Below, piece after piece: positions 1 to 13,924 of a stretch of 64,000 bases of DNA; positions within the stretch are counted from its first letter, which is position 1; each line of letters opens with the position of its first letter. Origin of the DNA: an uncultured Planctomycetota bacterium (GTDB lineage: Bacteria; Planctomycetota; Planctomycetia; Isosphaerales; Isosphaeraceae); assembly GCA_963845755.1 (NCBI GenBank), contig CAWJTV010000011.1:1216001-1280000 (forward strand). The letters are read 5' to 3'. The notes under the pieces were generated by a model. That model was not told the DNA's origin and made no database searches. It saw nothing but the letters and a program-made list of their open reading frames with translations. A program made the position numbers and the translations under genes.

Positions 1-1227
<1,227 letters not shown>

Positions 1228-1255
1228 GTGTTGTTCGAGGGGCATGCCGGTTCAC

Positions 1256-1304
1256 CACGAGGCCGACCGGCGCGGGTCAATCCGTGCCGGTCGGCCTTGT
1301 CGTG
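1256..1304 (+). terminator. GC-rich stem-loop after the GSIII gene (putative terminator or mRNA stabiliser)
   Basis: CACGAGGCCGACCGGCGCGGG-TCAA-TCCGTGCCGGTCGGCCTTGTCGTG inverted repeat; no clear U-tract. Confidence 0.4.
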
Positions 1305-1378
1305 CGCGGGCCGACTGACGATCATGAGGGACGATCGGCCTCCGGAGCTGGCGCACTCTTTTCCACAGGAGCAACGCG

Positions 1379-1726
1379 ATGAACGCGCGACAGACCTGGT
1401 TCGGTTTGACGATCGGTTTCCTCGTCCTGGTCATCCTGACCTGGGGGCTCATGGTGCCGCCGGCCGAGGCCCAGAAGGCCCGCGCCGAGCCGCGATACGA
1501 GTACAAGGTCTCCCCCTTCCGGGTCAGCCCCAACGATCGCCTCGGCGATGATCTCCTCGGCGACGACGCGCGGGCGACACAGTTTGAACGCCTGCTCAAC
1601 GACTACGCGCGCGACGGCTGGGAACCCGTCATCGACCTCTTGAATCGGAGCAAGGTGCAGACCAGCGGCGGCGCTGTCACGACCGCCGACACCGTCGCCT
1701 TCATCGCCTTCCGGCGCTCACGGTAA
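1379..1726 (+). CDS. Small exported or membrane-anchored protein, DUF4177-like
   Basis: AGGAG RBS, N-terminal hydrophobic segment, YEYKV...LLNDYARDGWE...FRR pattern. Confidence 0.6.
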   Translation: MNARQTWFGLTIGFLVLVILTWGLMVPPAEAQKARAEPRYEYKVSPFRVSPNDRLGDDLLGDDARATQFERLLNDYARDGWEPVIDLLNRSKVQTSGGAVTTADTVAFIAFRRSR

Positions 1727-1836
1727 GGCGATCGCCAGATGGTTCGCACTCGATCGTCGCGGGTCACGCCGTGCCAGTCGCTGACTCGTCATCTTGTGCG
1801 GACCTGGGCGCGACGATCCGCGGGTTAACCGATGTC

Positions 1837-2077
1837 TCAGTCTCCGTACTCCACAGGACCTTCGACATGCTCGCCCCGCGCGGAGCGACTCGGCCGCGGC
1901 CCGCGCGCGGTCGATGTCCGGGAATTCGAAGGTCAGGCAGACGCCTCCGGACAGACCCTCGGACGGGGCCTCGCGGTAGTCGAGACGCCCTCCAAGATGC
2001 GAGACCCGTTCGGCCAGCGCCGCCTCCCTAGTCGGATCCTCCGGCGGTCGGTAGTAGACTTCGAACATGTAAGTCAT
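1837..2077 (-). CDS. Small hypothetical protein (about 80 aa; frameshift near the 3' end)
   Basis: GAGGT RBS; ORF MTYMFEVYY...; the alternative frame gives a natural ending GEHVEGPVEYGD-stop. Confidence 0.55.
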
Positions 2078-2092
2078 GGTGACCTCGCCGTA

Positions 2093-2413
2093 TCAAGCGC
2101 CAGGACTCGGATCCTTGGGTAGGAAAAAGATATGCCCCCAACTCCCACCCCGGCCCTTCTTGCCCCGCGTCCAATCCGCGTACTTGACATGAGGCAGATC
2201 GTTCCCGACACTCGGCTCCGCCGGATGGACCTGGAACCACTTTCGGATGCCCAAGGGTGGGCCGGCGTAGGGCTGGCCGACGACAGCGCGGGGCAGCTCG
2301 ACGGCATCGGGAAGCGCCGCGCGGACGAGACGCCGAGCCTCATCCTCGGACGCGGCCGTTTCGTCGAACCGCCCGGGTTGGCGGATGCCGTCGATGATAT
2401 CGTCGTCGCTCAC
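2093..2413 (-). CDS. Hypothetical protein (106 aa)
   Basis: Compact ORF co-oriented with neighbours and protein-like in composition. Confidence 0.5.
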   Translation of the reverse strand: MSDDDIIDGIRQPGRFDETAASEDEARRLVRAALPDAVELPRAVVGQPYAGPPLGIRKWFQVHPAEPSVGNDLPHVKYADWTRGKKGRGGSWGHIFFLPKDPSPGA

Positions 2414-2436
2414 TCTCTCAGGATCTCAACGTTGGG

Positions 2437-2703
2437 TCACCGACGCAAGCGGATTCCCGGTCCTCGCTGCGCATTCGCAGAGGAGCCCATCATCCGCATC
2501 GACGTCTCCCCGCGCGAGAAGCAGAAATTCCTCGCATCTTCACGGTCAACGGACGGGAACATCCCGAGGAACTCGTCGAGCGAATACCCGTCATCGAGGT
2601 AGTCGAGCAGGGTCTGCACCGGCACGCGGCTCGCGCGGAAGACGAGCGTACCACCCATCACGGATGGGTCAGAGCGCACTGGGCTGCGATGAAGTGTTTC
2701 CAT
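2437..2703 (-). CDS. DUF433 family protein (antitoxin-like HTH); C-terminus probably frameshifted
   Basis: DPSVMGGTLVFRASRVPVQTLLDYLDDGYSLDEFLGMFPSV is the DUF433 signature. Confidence 0.85.
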   Translation of the reverse strand: METLHRSPVRSDPSVMGGTLVFRASRVPVQTLLDYLDDGYSLDEFLGMFPSVDREDARNFCFSRGETSMRMMGSSANAQRGPGIRLRR

Positions 2704-2753
2704 AAGTCAAGACTATCGAAGTCGACAGTCACCGGTCAACTCACGACGAAGGC

Positions 2754-2977
2754 TCATCGCCGGCGCCTTTCTGGTTCGTCGTCCGGTGGGTATGACGGCT
2801 CGGGAATGCCGAGATCGCGACAGATCTTTCGCGCGAAAGGATCGGGGATCTCCGTATGCCGGGCACCGCGGAGCGGCGGTTATTGGCAGGATTGCCCCAC
2901 CAAGAGTGTCGCCTCTCTTCGCGGACCAAGACACACTCGTGCCGCCGGAGATGAGCAAGGAGTTCGTATCGTTTCAC
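2754..2977 (-). CDS. hicA: HicA family toxin (frameshift at about 2865)
   Basis: MKRYELLAHLRRHECVLVRE..RHSWW..P...SAVP joined to RHTEIPDPFARKICRDLGIP in another frame; start overlaps the hicB stop. Confidence 0.8.
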
Positions 2978-3186
2978 GACGAGAGACTCACTTCCTCGTA
3001 AGCTCCGCTCGCGGCTGCGCGCGCGTCAGCTCGGTTCATCTCCAGGGCTTCCTCGAGCGCATCGCGGAGGTTCTCCGATAATTCCTCGCGGGTAAGGCCC
3101 TGGGAGTTGACCCCGGGAACTTCTTCGACCCAGCCGATCCACCATTCACCATGCTGCTGGATCACCGCGGAATAGATCGTGGCCAT
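2974..3186 (-). CDS. hicB: HicB family antitoxin, short form without a DNA-binding domain
   Basis: YSAVIQQHGEWWIGWVEEVPGVNSQGLTREELSENLRDAL; GGAGGAG RBS. Confidence 0.88.
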   Translation of the reverse strand: MATIYSAVIQQHGEWWIGWVEEVPGVNSQGLTREELSENLRDALEEALEMNRADARAAASGAYEEVSLSS

Positions 3187-3356
3187 GAAGCTCCTCCATC
3201 ATCGTGGAAAGCTACGACAGAACCGCTCGATCATCGCTCCATCTTGGTATCATGGCGTTGGACCCACGGATACGCAATCCGAGAGCTGGGATGAGGCGGT
3301 CGAATGAGCGGGGCACGGCCCCCGCGACGTTCCTGGCCACATCACGGAGAAGATCG

Positions 3357-4330
3357 ATGGGATCGCCACGAAGTCGATCGGAGAATCGCTTCCTCGCCCT
3401 CATGCGGTCACCTAAGTCGCCTCCGGTCATCATCGCTCACCGCGGCGACTCGTTCCACGCCCCCGAGAACACGCTGGAGGCCGTGCGCCTGGCCTGGGAG
3501 GCCGGCGTGCCGGCGTGGGAGCTCGACGTCCAGTTGACCTGCGAGGGCATCCCCGTCGTCCTCCACGATGAATCGCTGCTGCGGACCACCGACGTCGCCA
3601 CCCGATTCGCGGGCGACCTGCGCGGTCGCGACGGATTCCGCATCTCCGACTTCGACTACGACGAGGTCCGGACCCTGGACGCCGGCTCCTGGTTCGTCGC
3701 GGACAACGGCGGCCCGCGCTCGGCCCGTGCGTTCGGGACCCTCGACCAGCTCGATCGGGCTCACATCGATCACTATCGATCCGGCGAGGTGTTCATCCCG
3801 ACTCTCGAAGAGGCCCTGATCCTGACCACGGAGCAGGATTGGCTGGTGAACGTCGAGATCAAATCGTTCCCGGAACAGCCGCCGGGGCTGGTCGATCGCG
3901 TGCTGGAGGTCATCGCGGAGACGGGTACAGCCGATCGCATCCTGATCTCTTCATTCGATCACAGCGATATCGCCACGGTCCGACAACGCGACCGCCGTTA
4001 CGGCCTGGGAATCCTCCTGGCTACGCCCATTCATCGCCTCCCCGAGTACGCCGTAAACATGGTCCGAGTCAATACGGTCCATGTCTCCACCGAGGTCCTG
4101 GGTGCCGAGTCCGTCGCCTATCGGCGGGAGCCTTCGCCACTGTCACTGCGTCACGAGGTCGTCGGGGCCTTGAGAGCACGGCACATCCCCGTGCTGGTCT
4201 ACACGGTCAATCACCAAGGGGGCGGAAATCTCGCCCGTCATCTCGCCGAGATCGGGGTGAACGGACTCTTCACGGACGATCCGGGTGGCCTGCGTCGCGT
4301 GTTCGAGGAAGCGCTCCGGCGCACCGTTGA
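3357..4330 (+). CDS. Glycerophosphodiester phosphodiesterase (GDPD/GlpQ family)
   Basis: IIAHRGDS..APENTL, WELDV, VLHDE, NVEIK, ISSFD, VYTVN, GLFTDDP. The true stop is probably the TGA at 4328-4330 via a late frameshift; the listed 660-aa ORF runs into the opposite gene. Confidence 0.88.
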
Positions 4331-4333
4331 GAA

Positions 4334-5632
4334 TCAGGATTTCGGCAACAGCCCGCGCAGCCGGTTCACCGCCTCCGCCGTCCGACGAAAGGCCGGGGCT
4401 TTCAACGAGGAAGTCCCGCGAACGACGCGGCCGTCGGGGTTGGCCCGGTCGCTCAGTTGCTGGTTGAACGCCTCGATGTCACGGAGGATGCGGGCCAACA
4501 CCTCGGTCGATTCCCTGGCGACGGTCCGCTGGCGGAACAGGAGCAGGTTGAGCCGCAGGCGGCCGACTCCCGCCTCGAACTCCGATCCCTCTTCGGTGCC
4601 CCTCAAGCCGGCTCCCGCCTGGGCGAGGAACTCGTCGAGGGCGGCAATCGCCCGATCCACCTGGGCGACCAGGTTCCGGTCGACGCGCCGGGGCGCGCGA
4701 TCCGCCGGGCCGAGCGAGAGGATTCGCGGCAGCCCGAAGTCGTCCGAGAGGGCATCGATGCGCTGCCGGACTTGCTGCCAGCGTCGCGTCAGTTCCGGCG
4801 TCCCGGGGATTCGTACGATCCGGGCCTCGACCGACCACACGCGGCTCCGGAGCGGCCTCAGCGCGGCCACGAGGTCCTGGTTCGAAGGCGCGGCCGACAA
4901 CGTCCGTTCGAAGCCCTGGACGAGGTCGAGCAGGCCGTTCAGGTCCGCGACCAGGCTCGGACGGTCCGTGGCTGCCGGCCTCGCCTCGTTGACGGCTCCG
5001 ATCAGGTCGCGGAGACCTTCGGAGAGCCGACGCGCTTGCTCGCGGATCGCCACCAGCTCCGGCGCGGGGCCAGTGGGAGCGGCGGCCGGCTCGCCGACCT
5101 CGGCGTCAATCGCGTTGAACACCGCGGTCATCACCGGGAACAGTCGCTCGAGGTCTCCCAGGTGGAAGGCGGCGCGCGGCGAATAGCCGGGGAGTTGCCC
5201 CAGTGTCGAATCGACCTGCCGGAAGGCGGCACCGACGTCGTCCAGCAGGGCCCGCGAGCGATTCAGCCCGGCCAGGTCCGGCGGCGGGTAGCTGACGTTG
5301 ATATAGAAGATCTGGGCCGCATCCCAGAGCGTGCTCATCTCGCCCTCGAGGCGGGCCCCGATGCTCGTGAGGCGGAGGTCGACTCGCACGTTCTGGTACA
5401 TCGCGATCGTTTCGAGGACGGTCAACCGCGCCAGCCACGGCAGGTCGCTGGACTGGAATTGTTGGGTCATCGCAAGCCGGTTCACCAGCTCCTCCTCGAG
5501 CGATCCGGCCGGAGCGATCTCGAAGCTGTTGATCACGCCGTTCTCGAGGTTCTGAGCCGACGCCGGTTGGGGGGTGATGGCCAACCAGCCACCGAGTACC
5601 AGGAGCCGCACGAGGCCGTTCCTGCGAGCCAT
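4334..5632 (-). CDS. Secreted all-helical hypothetical protein
   Basis: Signal peptide (LVRLLVLGGWLAITPQPASAQ), amphipathic Leu/Ala/Arg-rich helices, GC-rich third codon positions. Confidence 0.7.
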   Translation of the reverse strand: MARRNGLVRLLVLGGWLAITPQPASAQNLENGVINSFEIAPAGSLEEELVNRLAMTQQFQSSDLPWLARLTVLETIAMYQNVRVDLRLTSIGARLEGEMSTLWDAAQIFYINVSYPPPDLAGLNRSRALLDDVGAAFRQVDSTLGQLPGYSPRAAFHLGDLERLFPVMTAVFNAIDAEVGEPAAAPTGPAPELVAIREQARRLSEGLRDLIGAVNEARPAATDRPSLVADLNGLLDLVQGFERTLSAAPSNQDLVAALRPLRSRVWSVEARIVRIPGTPELTRRWQQVRQRIDALSDDFGLPRILSLGPADRAPRRVDRNLVAQVDRAIAALDEFLAQAGAGLRGTEEGSEFEAGVGRLRLNLLLFRQRTVARESTEVLARILRDIEAFNQQLSDRANPDGRVVRGTSSLKAPAFRRTAEAVNRLRGLLPKS

Positions 5633-5791
5633 CCGGACCGGATCAGTTCGCTTCACCTGGTCCCTCCGCCGTGGAAGGCGATCCATTGGATTAAGATTCA
5701 AATATTCAAAATTATAAAAAATCTAGAATCTGCCATTTGGAATGCCCGAGTTGGATGCTCGGACGGCGTAGATGGCCCGGGCAGGTTGAGT

Positions 5792-7258
<1,467 letters not shown>

Positions 7259-7266
<8 letters not shown>

Positions 7267-10200
7267 GGGTCACCTCCATCGGCTCGACCCGATGGTAGGC
7301 GTGCGCCGTACCATTGTCATTTTCCTGGGCCGATCGCTGTTCATTGAGGACGCGGCGATAGTCGGTCGGCATCACTTTGACAAACTTGCCGACCGCCCAT
7401 TCCCAGTCGTCGAGGAGTCGCGCGGCGACCGAGCTGCCGGTGTACGCGGCGTGCTGGATCAAGAGGTCGCGGACGAGCTCGAGGTCATCGGGATCGATCA
7501 GGGGTTCGATCTCCACCATCTCCAGGTTGCAGCGTTGAGTAAAGTCCTGCTCCTCGTCGTAGACGAACGCCATGCCGCCGCTCATGCCGGCGGCGAAGTT
7601 GCGCCCGGTCGGTCCGATCACGACGGCGACGCCGCCGGTCATGTATTCGCAGCCATGGTCGCCGGTCCCTTCGACGACGGCGTGCGCCCCGCTGTTCCGG
7701 ACGCAGAAGCGTTCGCCGGCCCGGCCGCGGAAGAAGGCCCGGCCGCCGGTGGCACCGTAGAGGGCGACGTTGCCGATCAAGACGTTCTCCTCGGCGACGA
7801 ACCGCGACACCTTCGGCGGGAAGACGACGATCTTGCCGCCGGAGAGCCCCTTGCCGACGTAGTCGTTCGAATCCCCCTCGAGGGTCAGCGAGATCCCGCG
7901 CGGCAGGAACGCGCCGAAGCTCTGCCCGGCCGAACCGGAGAACCTGAGCCGGATCGTGTCGTCGGGGAGCCCCTCGCGGCCATGACGCCGGGTCAGCTCG
8001 CTCCCCAGGATCGTGCCCACCGTGCGGTTGATGTTGCGAATCGGCAGCTCCAGGGAAACCGGCTCGCACCGCTCCAGTGCCGGCTGGCAGGCGGGGAGCA
8101 GTGTGGTCACGTCGAGCGACTGCTCCAGCCCGTGATCCTGGTCGCGAACCTTGCGGACGGCCACCTCCGGCCCGACGTCGGGCCGGTAGAAGATCTTGCT
8201 AGTAATCAAGGCCCTTGGCCTTGTAGTGATCGATGGCCTTGTGCATCTCCAGCAGGTCGCTGCGGCCGATCATCTCTCCCACGGTGCGGAACCCGAGCTG
8301 GGCCATCAGCTCGCGCAGTTCCTGGGCGATGAAGTGGAAGAAGTTGATGACGTGCTCGGCCTGGCCCTGGAACTTCTTCCGGAGTTCGGGATTCTGGGTC
8401 GCGATCCCGACCGGGCAGGTATCCAGGTGGCAGACTCGCATCATGATGCAGCCCATCACCACCAGCGGGGCCGTGGCGAACCCGTATTCCTCGGCACCCA
8501 GGAGAGCGGCGATCGCGACGTCGCGGCCGGTCTTGAGCTGGCCGTCGGTCTGGACGGTGATCCGGTCGCGGAGCTTGTTCAGGACGAGCGTCTGCTGGGT
8601 CTCGGCCAGCCCCAGCTCCCAGGGGACTCCGGCATGCTTGAGCGAGGTGAGCGGGCTGGCCCCGGTCCCGCCGTCGTGACCGCTGATCAGCACGACGTCG
8701 CTGTGGGCCTTGGCCACCCCGGCCGCGACCGTGCCGACCCCCATCTCGGCCACCAGCTTGACGCTGATCCGCGCCCGGGGGTTGCTATTCTTCAGGTCGT
8801 AGATCAACTGGGCGAGGTCTTCGATGGAATAAATATCGTGGTGGGGCGGCGGGCTGATCAGGCCGACGCCGGGCGTGGAATACCGCACCTTGGCGATCCA
8901 CGGCCAGACCTTATGACCCGGGAGCTGGCCCCCTTCGCCCGGCTTGGCGCCCTGGGCCATCTTGATTTGCAGCTCATCGGCGCTGACGAGGTACTCGCTC
9001 GTGACGCCGAACCGGCCCGAGGCCACCTGCTTGATGGCACTGCGCCGGCTATCCCCGTTGGGCAACGGCTTGAACCGTTCCGGGTCCTCGCCCCCTTCAC
9101 CGGTGTTCGACTTGGCCCCCATCCGGTTCATGGCGATCGCCAGGGTCTGGTGGGCCTCCGCCGAGATCGAGCCGTAGCTCATCGCGCCGGTGGCGAACCG
9201 CTTGACGATCGACTCGACCGGCTCGACCTCCTCGATCGGCACGGGTCGACACTGGTCGAACCGGAAGCCGAACAGGCCGCGGAGCGTGCAGAGCCGCTCG
9301 GTCTGCTCGTCGACCCGGCGGGTATACTGCTTGAAGATCTCATAACGGTTGGCCTGGGTGGCATGCTGGAGCCGGTAGACCGTCTCCGGATTGAAGAGGT
9401 GGAATTCGCCCTCGCGCCGCCACTGGTACTGGCCGCCTTCGAGGAGCAGGGCCGGCCGGGCCTCGCGGCTGGCGTACGCGCGGCGGTGATGGTGGAGCGT
9501 CTCGGCAGCGACCTCGGCGAGGCCGATCCCGCCGACCCGAGAGGCGGTCTTGTCGAAGTATCGGCCCACGAATTCCTCATTCAGCCCGATCGCCTCGAAG
9601 ATCTGAGCACCGCGGTAACTCTGGATGGTGCTGATCCCCATCTTGGACATGATCTTCACGACGCCCTTCTTGATCGCCTTACGATATCGGTACACGGCCT
9701 CGTCGTGATCGATGCCCGCGATGCGCTCGTCGCGAATCAAGTGGTCGAGCGTCTCGAACGCCACGTAGGGGTTGATCGTGCCGGCGCCGTATCCGAGCAG
9801 GAGGGCGAAGTGATGGACCTCGCGGGCATCGCCGCATTCGATCACCAGCCCGGCCCGCGAACGCAAGCCCCGCCGGACCATCTCGTGATGGAGCCCCGAG
9901 CAGGCCAGGAGCGAGGGGATCGGCGCCATCTCGGCCGTGACGCCGCGGTCGGAGAGCACGATCAGATCGGCACCCTGCTCGATCGCCTTGCAGGCCATGT
10001 CGATCATCGCGTGGAGGGATTCCTCCAGCCCTTCGCGCCTTCCGCGGCCAGGAACAGCATGGGCACGGACGCCGTCCGGAACCCGTGCCAGCCCTTGAGC
10101 TGCTTGAGCCGGGCCAGTTCGTCGTTGTCGAGGATCGGGGTCTCCAGCGCGATCTGGCGGCAGGAGTCGGGCTTCGGCTCCAGCAGGTTTCCCTCGCCGC

Positions 10201-11846
10201 CGGCGCCGGTGAACACCGAGGTCACCAGCTCCTCGCGGATCGCGTCGAGCGGGGGGTTGGTCACCTGCGCGAAGAGCTGCTTGAAGTAATGGAACAGCGG
10301 CTGGGCGCGGTCCGAGAGCACGGCCAGCGGGGTGTCGGTGCCCATCGAGCCGATCGCCTCCTCGCCGTTGGACCCCATCGGCCCGACGATGTACTTGAGG
10401 TCCTCGAGCGTGTAGCCGAAGGCCATCTGGCGATGGAGCAGCGAATCCGGATCAGGGCCGGGGACGTTGGGGGCTCGGGGCAGGTCGGCGAGCGACACCA
10501 TGTACCGGCGGAGCCACTTCCCATACGGTTTGGCCGCGGCGAGCGAGTGCTTCAGCTCCTCGTCGTCGACGATCCGGCCGGCCTGGAGGTCCACCAGGAA
10601 CATCTTGCCCGGCTCGAGCCGACCCTTCCGCACGATCTTCTCCGGGGCGACCTCGAGCGCGCCGACTTCCGAGGCCATGATCACCCGGTCGTCGTCGGTC
10701 ACGATGTAGCGGCTGGGCCGTAGTCCGTTGCGGTCGAGCACGGCGCCGATCGACTTGCCGTCGGTGAAGGTCACCGACGCCGGGCCGTCCCAGGGCTCCA
10801 TCAAGCAGCTATGATACCGGTAGAAATCCTTCTTCACCTGGGACATCGACTCGTGATTCTCCCACGCCTCGGGGATCAGCATCATCATGGCGTGGGCCAG
10901 GGGATATCCCGAGCGGACCAGCAGCTCCATGGCATTGTCGAGGCAGGCCGTGTCGCTCAGGCCCTCGCGGATGATCGGCTTGATCTTCGCGATGTCGCCC
11001 GGCTCGTAGAGCTCGGAGGCGAACAGGGCCTCGCGCGCCTTCATCCAGTTGATATTGCCGCGCAACGTGTTGATCTCGCCATTATGCGAGATCATCCGAT
11101 AGGGATGGGCCAGCTCCCAGCTCGGGAAGGTGTTGGTGCTGAACCGCGAGTGGAACATGCACAGGGCGCTGGCGAGGAGCGGGTCGCCCAGGTCGTCGGC
11201 GAAATACAGGCCGAGCTGCTCGGTGGTGAGCATCCCCTTGTAGACGAGCGTCCGGCAGGAGAGGCTGGCGAAGTAGAAGAACTTGTGATCGTCGAGGCCC
11301 GAGGACTCGATCTCGGCCTCGAACCGCTTGCGGATGACGTAGAGCTTCCGCTCGAACCGATCGGCATCGAGGCCGTCGGCGCGGCCGACGAAGGCATGCC
11401 ACATCACCGGCTCGACCGCCCGCGCACTCTCGCCGAGCGACGAGGGATCCGTCTGGATCGGCCGCCAGCCCAGGAACTCCTGCCCTTCCTCGGCGACGAT
11501 CCGCTCGAACTCGGACATCCCGAATCGCTGCGCCATCCCCGTCCCGCGACGTGAAGAACGCACCCACGCCATACCGCTCGGGCTCGGGCAGCGCGATCCC
11601 CAGGGGGCGACAGCGGCTCGCCAGGAATTCGTGGGGGACCTGGATCAACAGCCCCGCGCCGTCGCCCGTATTATCTTCACATCCGCACGCCCCGCGATGA
11701 TTCATATTATATAATGCAGTGAGACCATCACGCACGAGCTGATGAGATCGACGCCCCTTGAGGTCGACGATGAATCCGACACCGCAGCTATCGTGTTCAT
11801 AACGCGGGTCGTAGAGACCTTGGGCTTTCGGTTGATTTGAAATCAT
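7259..11846 (-). CDS. gltB: Glutamate synthase large subunit (frameshifts at about 11530, 10030 and 8205)
   Basis: [72 protein letters not shown] and a GXGXG C-terminal domain spread over four ORFs. Confidence 0.96.
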
Positions 11847-12036
11847 CAGTGATTGTCCTTCCCGAGACGACCTTGCGCACGATCAACGACTCGCGGGGAG
11901 CGGGCCGCCGTTTGTCTTGTCGAAATCACATTGCGTGAATGTGTCAATTCAGGCGGGCCGGATCCTGATCTCGGTCACGTTCCACGGCCCATTCGCGCCG
12001 CGCCCGCCTCCCGGATTTCGGGCCGGTCGCCGGGAC

Positions 12037-12999
12037 TCACGAGGGCGTGCCGGCCGTCACGCGACGATCGGGCATGGCCGATCTCGCGGGGTCGACCGCG
12101 ACGGTCTCGTGGGTCAGCAAGTCGAGGAACGTCGAGGCGGCCAGGTCGAGGTGGCCGTGCCGCCGGTGGATGATCGCCAGGGGTCGAGTCAGCCGGTCCA
12201 CGGGATCCCGGCCCTCGATGCGGACGGCGGCGAGCGTCCCCGCCCTGACCTCCTGGGCCAGCGAGGGCTCCGGCAGGATGGAGATGCCCGACGGGATTTC
12301 CACGGCGCGCTTTATGTTTTCGACATTATCGAATTCGAGTACGACTTCGACGTGAATGTCGTGGTGGCGGAGGAAACGGTCGATCGAACGCCGGATCGGC
12401 AGGTCCGGGTCGAAGGCGACGAACGGTTCGCCGTCCAGCTCGGACACCGGCACGCCCGGACGCGTCGCGAAGCGATGGGAGGGATGGACGGCCAGCACCA
12501 TGGCCTCCTCGCGCCAGGTGACTACATGAAGATCGGTCCACTTCTTGGGATAGGAGAGCAGGCCCAGCTCGGCCTCCCCGGTGATCACGCGATCGAGCAC
12601 GCGATCGGGATGCAGGTATTCGAGCCGGACGTTCGCCCGGGGATGGCGCGTCTCGAAGACCTTGATGTACCGGCTCATGTGGTGCAGGCCCACCGAGTAG
12701 ATCGCCGCGACGCCGACCGTGCCGGCGACCAGGGCGCCATCCCCCAGGCCCTTGACGCGGTTCTCCAGGCTGAGGTAACGCTCAACCAGGTCCTTGCAGC
12801 CCTCGTAGTAGACCTTCCCTTCCGGCGTCAGCACCAGCGGCCGCTTCGACCGGTCGATCAGCTTCACCCCCAGCCGCGCCTCCAACTGGTGCACGGCCTG
12901 GCTGGCCGACGACTGCGAGATCCCGTTTTCCTCGGCACCCCGAGAGAAACTGGACCACCGCACGACGTCGCAGAAGATCTTCAAGGACTCGAGCTGCAT
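12037..12999 (-). CDS. LysR family transcriptional regulator (candidate regulator of gltBD)
   Basis: N-terminal wHTH SFSRGAEENGISQSSASQAVHQLE...LIDRSKRPLVLTPEG plus substrate-binding domain. Confidence 0.92.
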   Translation of the reverse strand: MQLESLKIFCDVVRWSSFSRGAEENGISQSSASQAVHQLEARLGVKLIDRSKRPLVLTPEGKVYYEGCKDLVERYLSLENRVKGLGDGALVAGTVGVAAIYSVGLHHMSRYIKVFETRHPRANVRLEYLHPDRVLDRVITGEAELGLLSYPKKWTDLHVVTWREEAMVLAVHPSHRFATRPGVPVSELDGEPFVAFDPDLPIRRSIDRFLRHHDIHVEVVLEFDNVENIKRAVEIPSGISILPEPSLAQEVRAGTLAAVRIEGRDPVDRLTRPLAIIHRRHGHLDLAASTFLDLLTHETVAVDPARSAMPDRRVTAGTPS

Positions 13000-13483
13000 C
13001 TGGTCCCTATCTATCGGCTTTTTCCAATACTGCGTTGAGCATCCTATTCGAATTCGTAATACTAATTGCAGGTTGAGAGGCAGAAGTCAAGGGATCTGCG
13101 GGAAAAAATGTCGGAATTGCAATTGCAAAGGAGGGTTGGCTCTCGTTGGCTACCTCCTGGTAGCCGACACCCTCGAGGCTCGCCATCTGGTAAACAGCGG
13201 GATTTGAGTTGGTGGGGCAATCATCCAGACCCCGCCTCTCCGGCACCATGGAGCCAGGTCGAACCGCGAAATCCCAAGAAGCAACTGGCATACCCGTCCC
13301 TGACGAAAAAATGGTTCGCCATGAGACTGTCACGGGCGGGCTTTGGAACCGCCTCATGCAACCTCCATATTGCCATGGACTTGAAGTCATCCCTTACCAG
13401 CCTCGAACCAGAGTTACCTGGCTTCCAAGAGGTTACGTTCGTTCGATTGACCAGGTGCGCAGTCCCGAGACCGAGAGCGAGCA

Positions 13484-13511
13484 TTGATATACATCAAGTT
13501 CGGGGTAGAAT
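13484..13511 (+). promoter_or_regulatory. Putative sigma70 promoter with a palindromic operator upstream of the TA pair
   Basis: TTGATA-N16-TAGAAT; the -35 lies within the near-palindrome TTGATATACATCAA. Confidence 0.5.
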
Positions 13512-13558
13512 GTCGACGAGGAAGGGGAGGGACACCCAGGTAGACGACACGGAGGTGG

Positions 13559-13924
13559 TTGGTGCCGCCTTTGACCGACTTGGCTCGACTTGCGGCCTAC
13601 AGGGACGCACTCGGCAATTGGAATGTCAGCGACTACATCCAGTTTGAATTGACGGAAGAGTCACATCGCTGGATTCGGCGTGAGTTTGGCAACATAACTC
13701 TGAGGGAAATCGGGCGCCTGATGTGTGAGTACGTCAGGTCCGGCGGGGAAATCGATGAGGTGCCGGAAACGCGTCAGGAGTGGTCCGGCCAGTACGAATT
13801 CCACCACGACCTCCGGTTGACCATTTATGGGAAAAATGTTTACATAGAAACTCGTTTATATTATCGACTCCCCGTGGTTCTCGACGAATCGTGGATCCTC
13901 GTGGTGAATATTCATGAACGCTAA
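13559..13924 (+). CDS. Putative toxin, distant MqsR/RelE-like RNase
   Basis: About 120 aa, GGAGG RBS, overlaps an MqsA-like gene; ends VYIETRL...ILVVNIHE, reminiscent of MqsR-type C-termini. Confidence 0.6.
   Translation: MVPPLTDLARLAAYRDALGNWNVSDYIQFELTEESHRWIRREFGNITLREIGRLMCEYVRSGGEIDEVPETRQEWSGQYEFHHDLRLTIYGKNVYIETRLYYRLPVVLDESWILVVNIHER

Noticed and set aside
1741..1830. Imperfect long hairpin as an attC site
   Set aside because: It lacks a paired GTTRRRY box and is better explained as a stem between convergent genes.
3204..5186. 660-aa GDPD with a long C-terminal extension overlapping the opposite gene
   Set aside because: The extension is Arg/Ser-rich antisense read-through, and a stop exists at 4328-4330 in an adjacent frame.
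13066..13480. ORFs or ncRNA in the lysR to toxin-antitoxin intergenic region
   Set aside because: No recognisable protein motif, RBS-supported start or RNA consensus was found; left unassigned.
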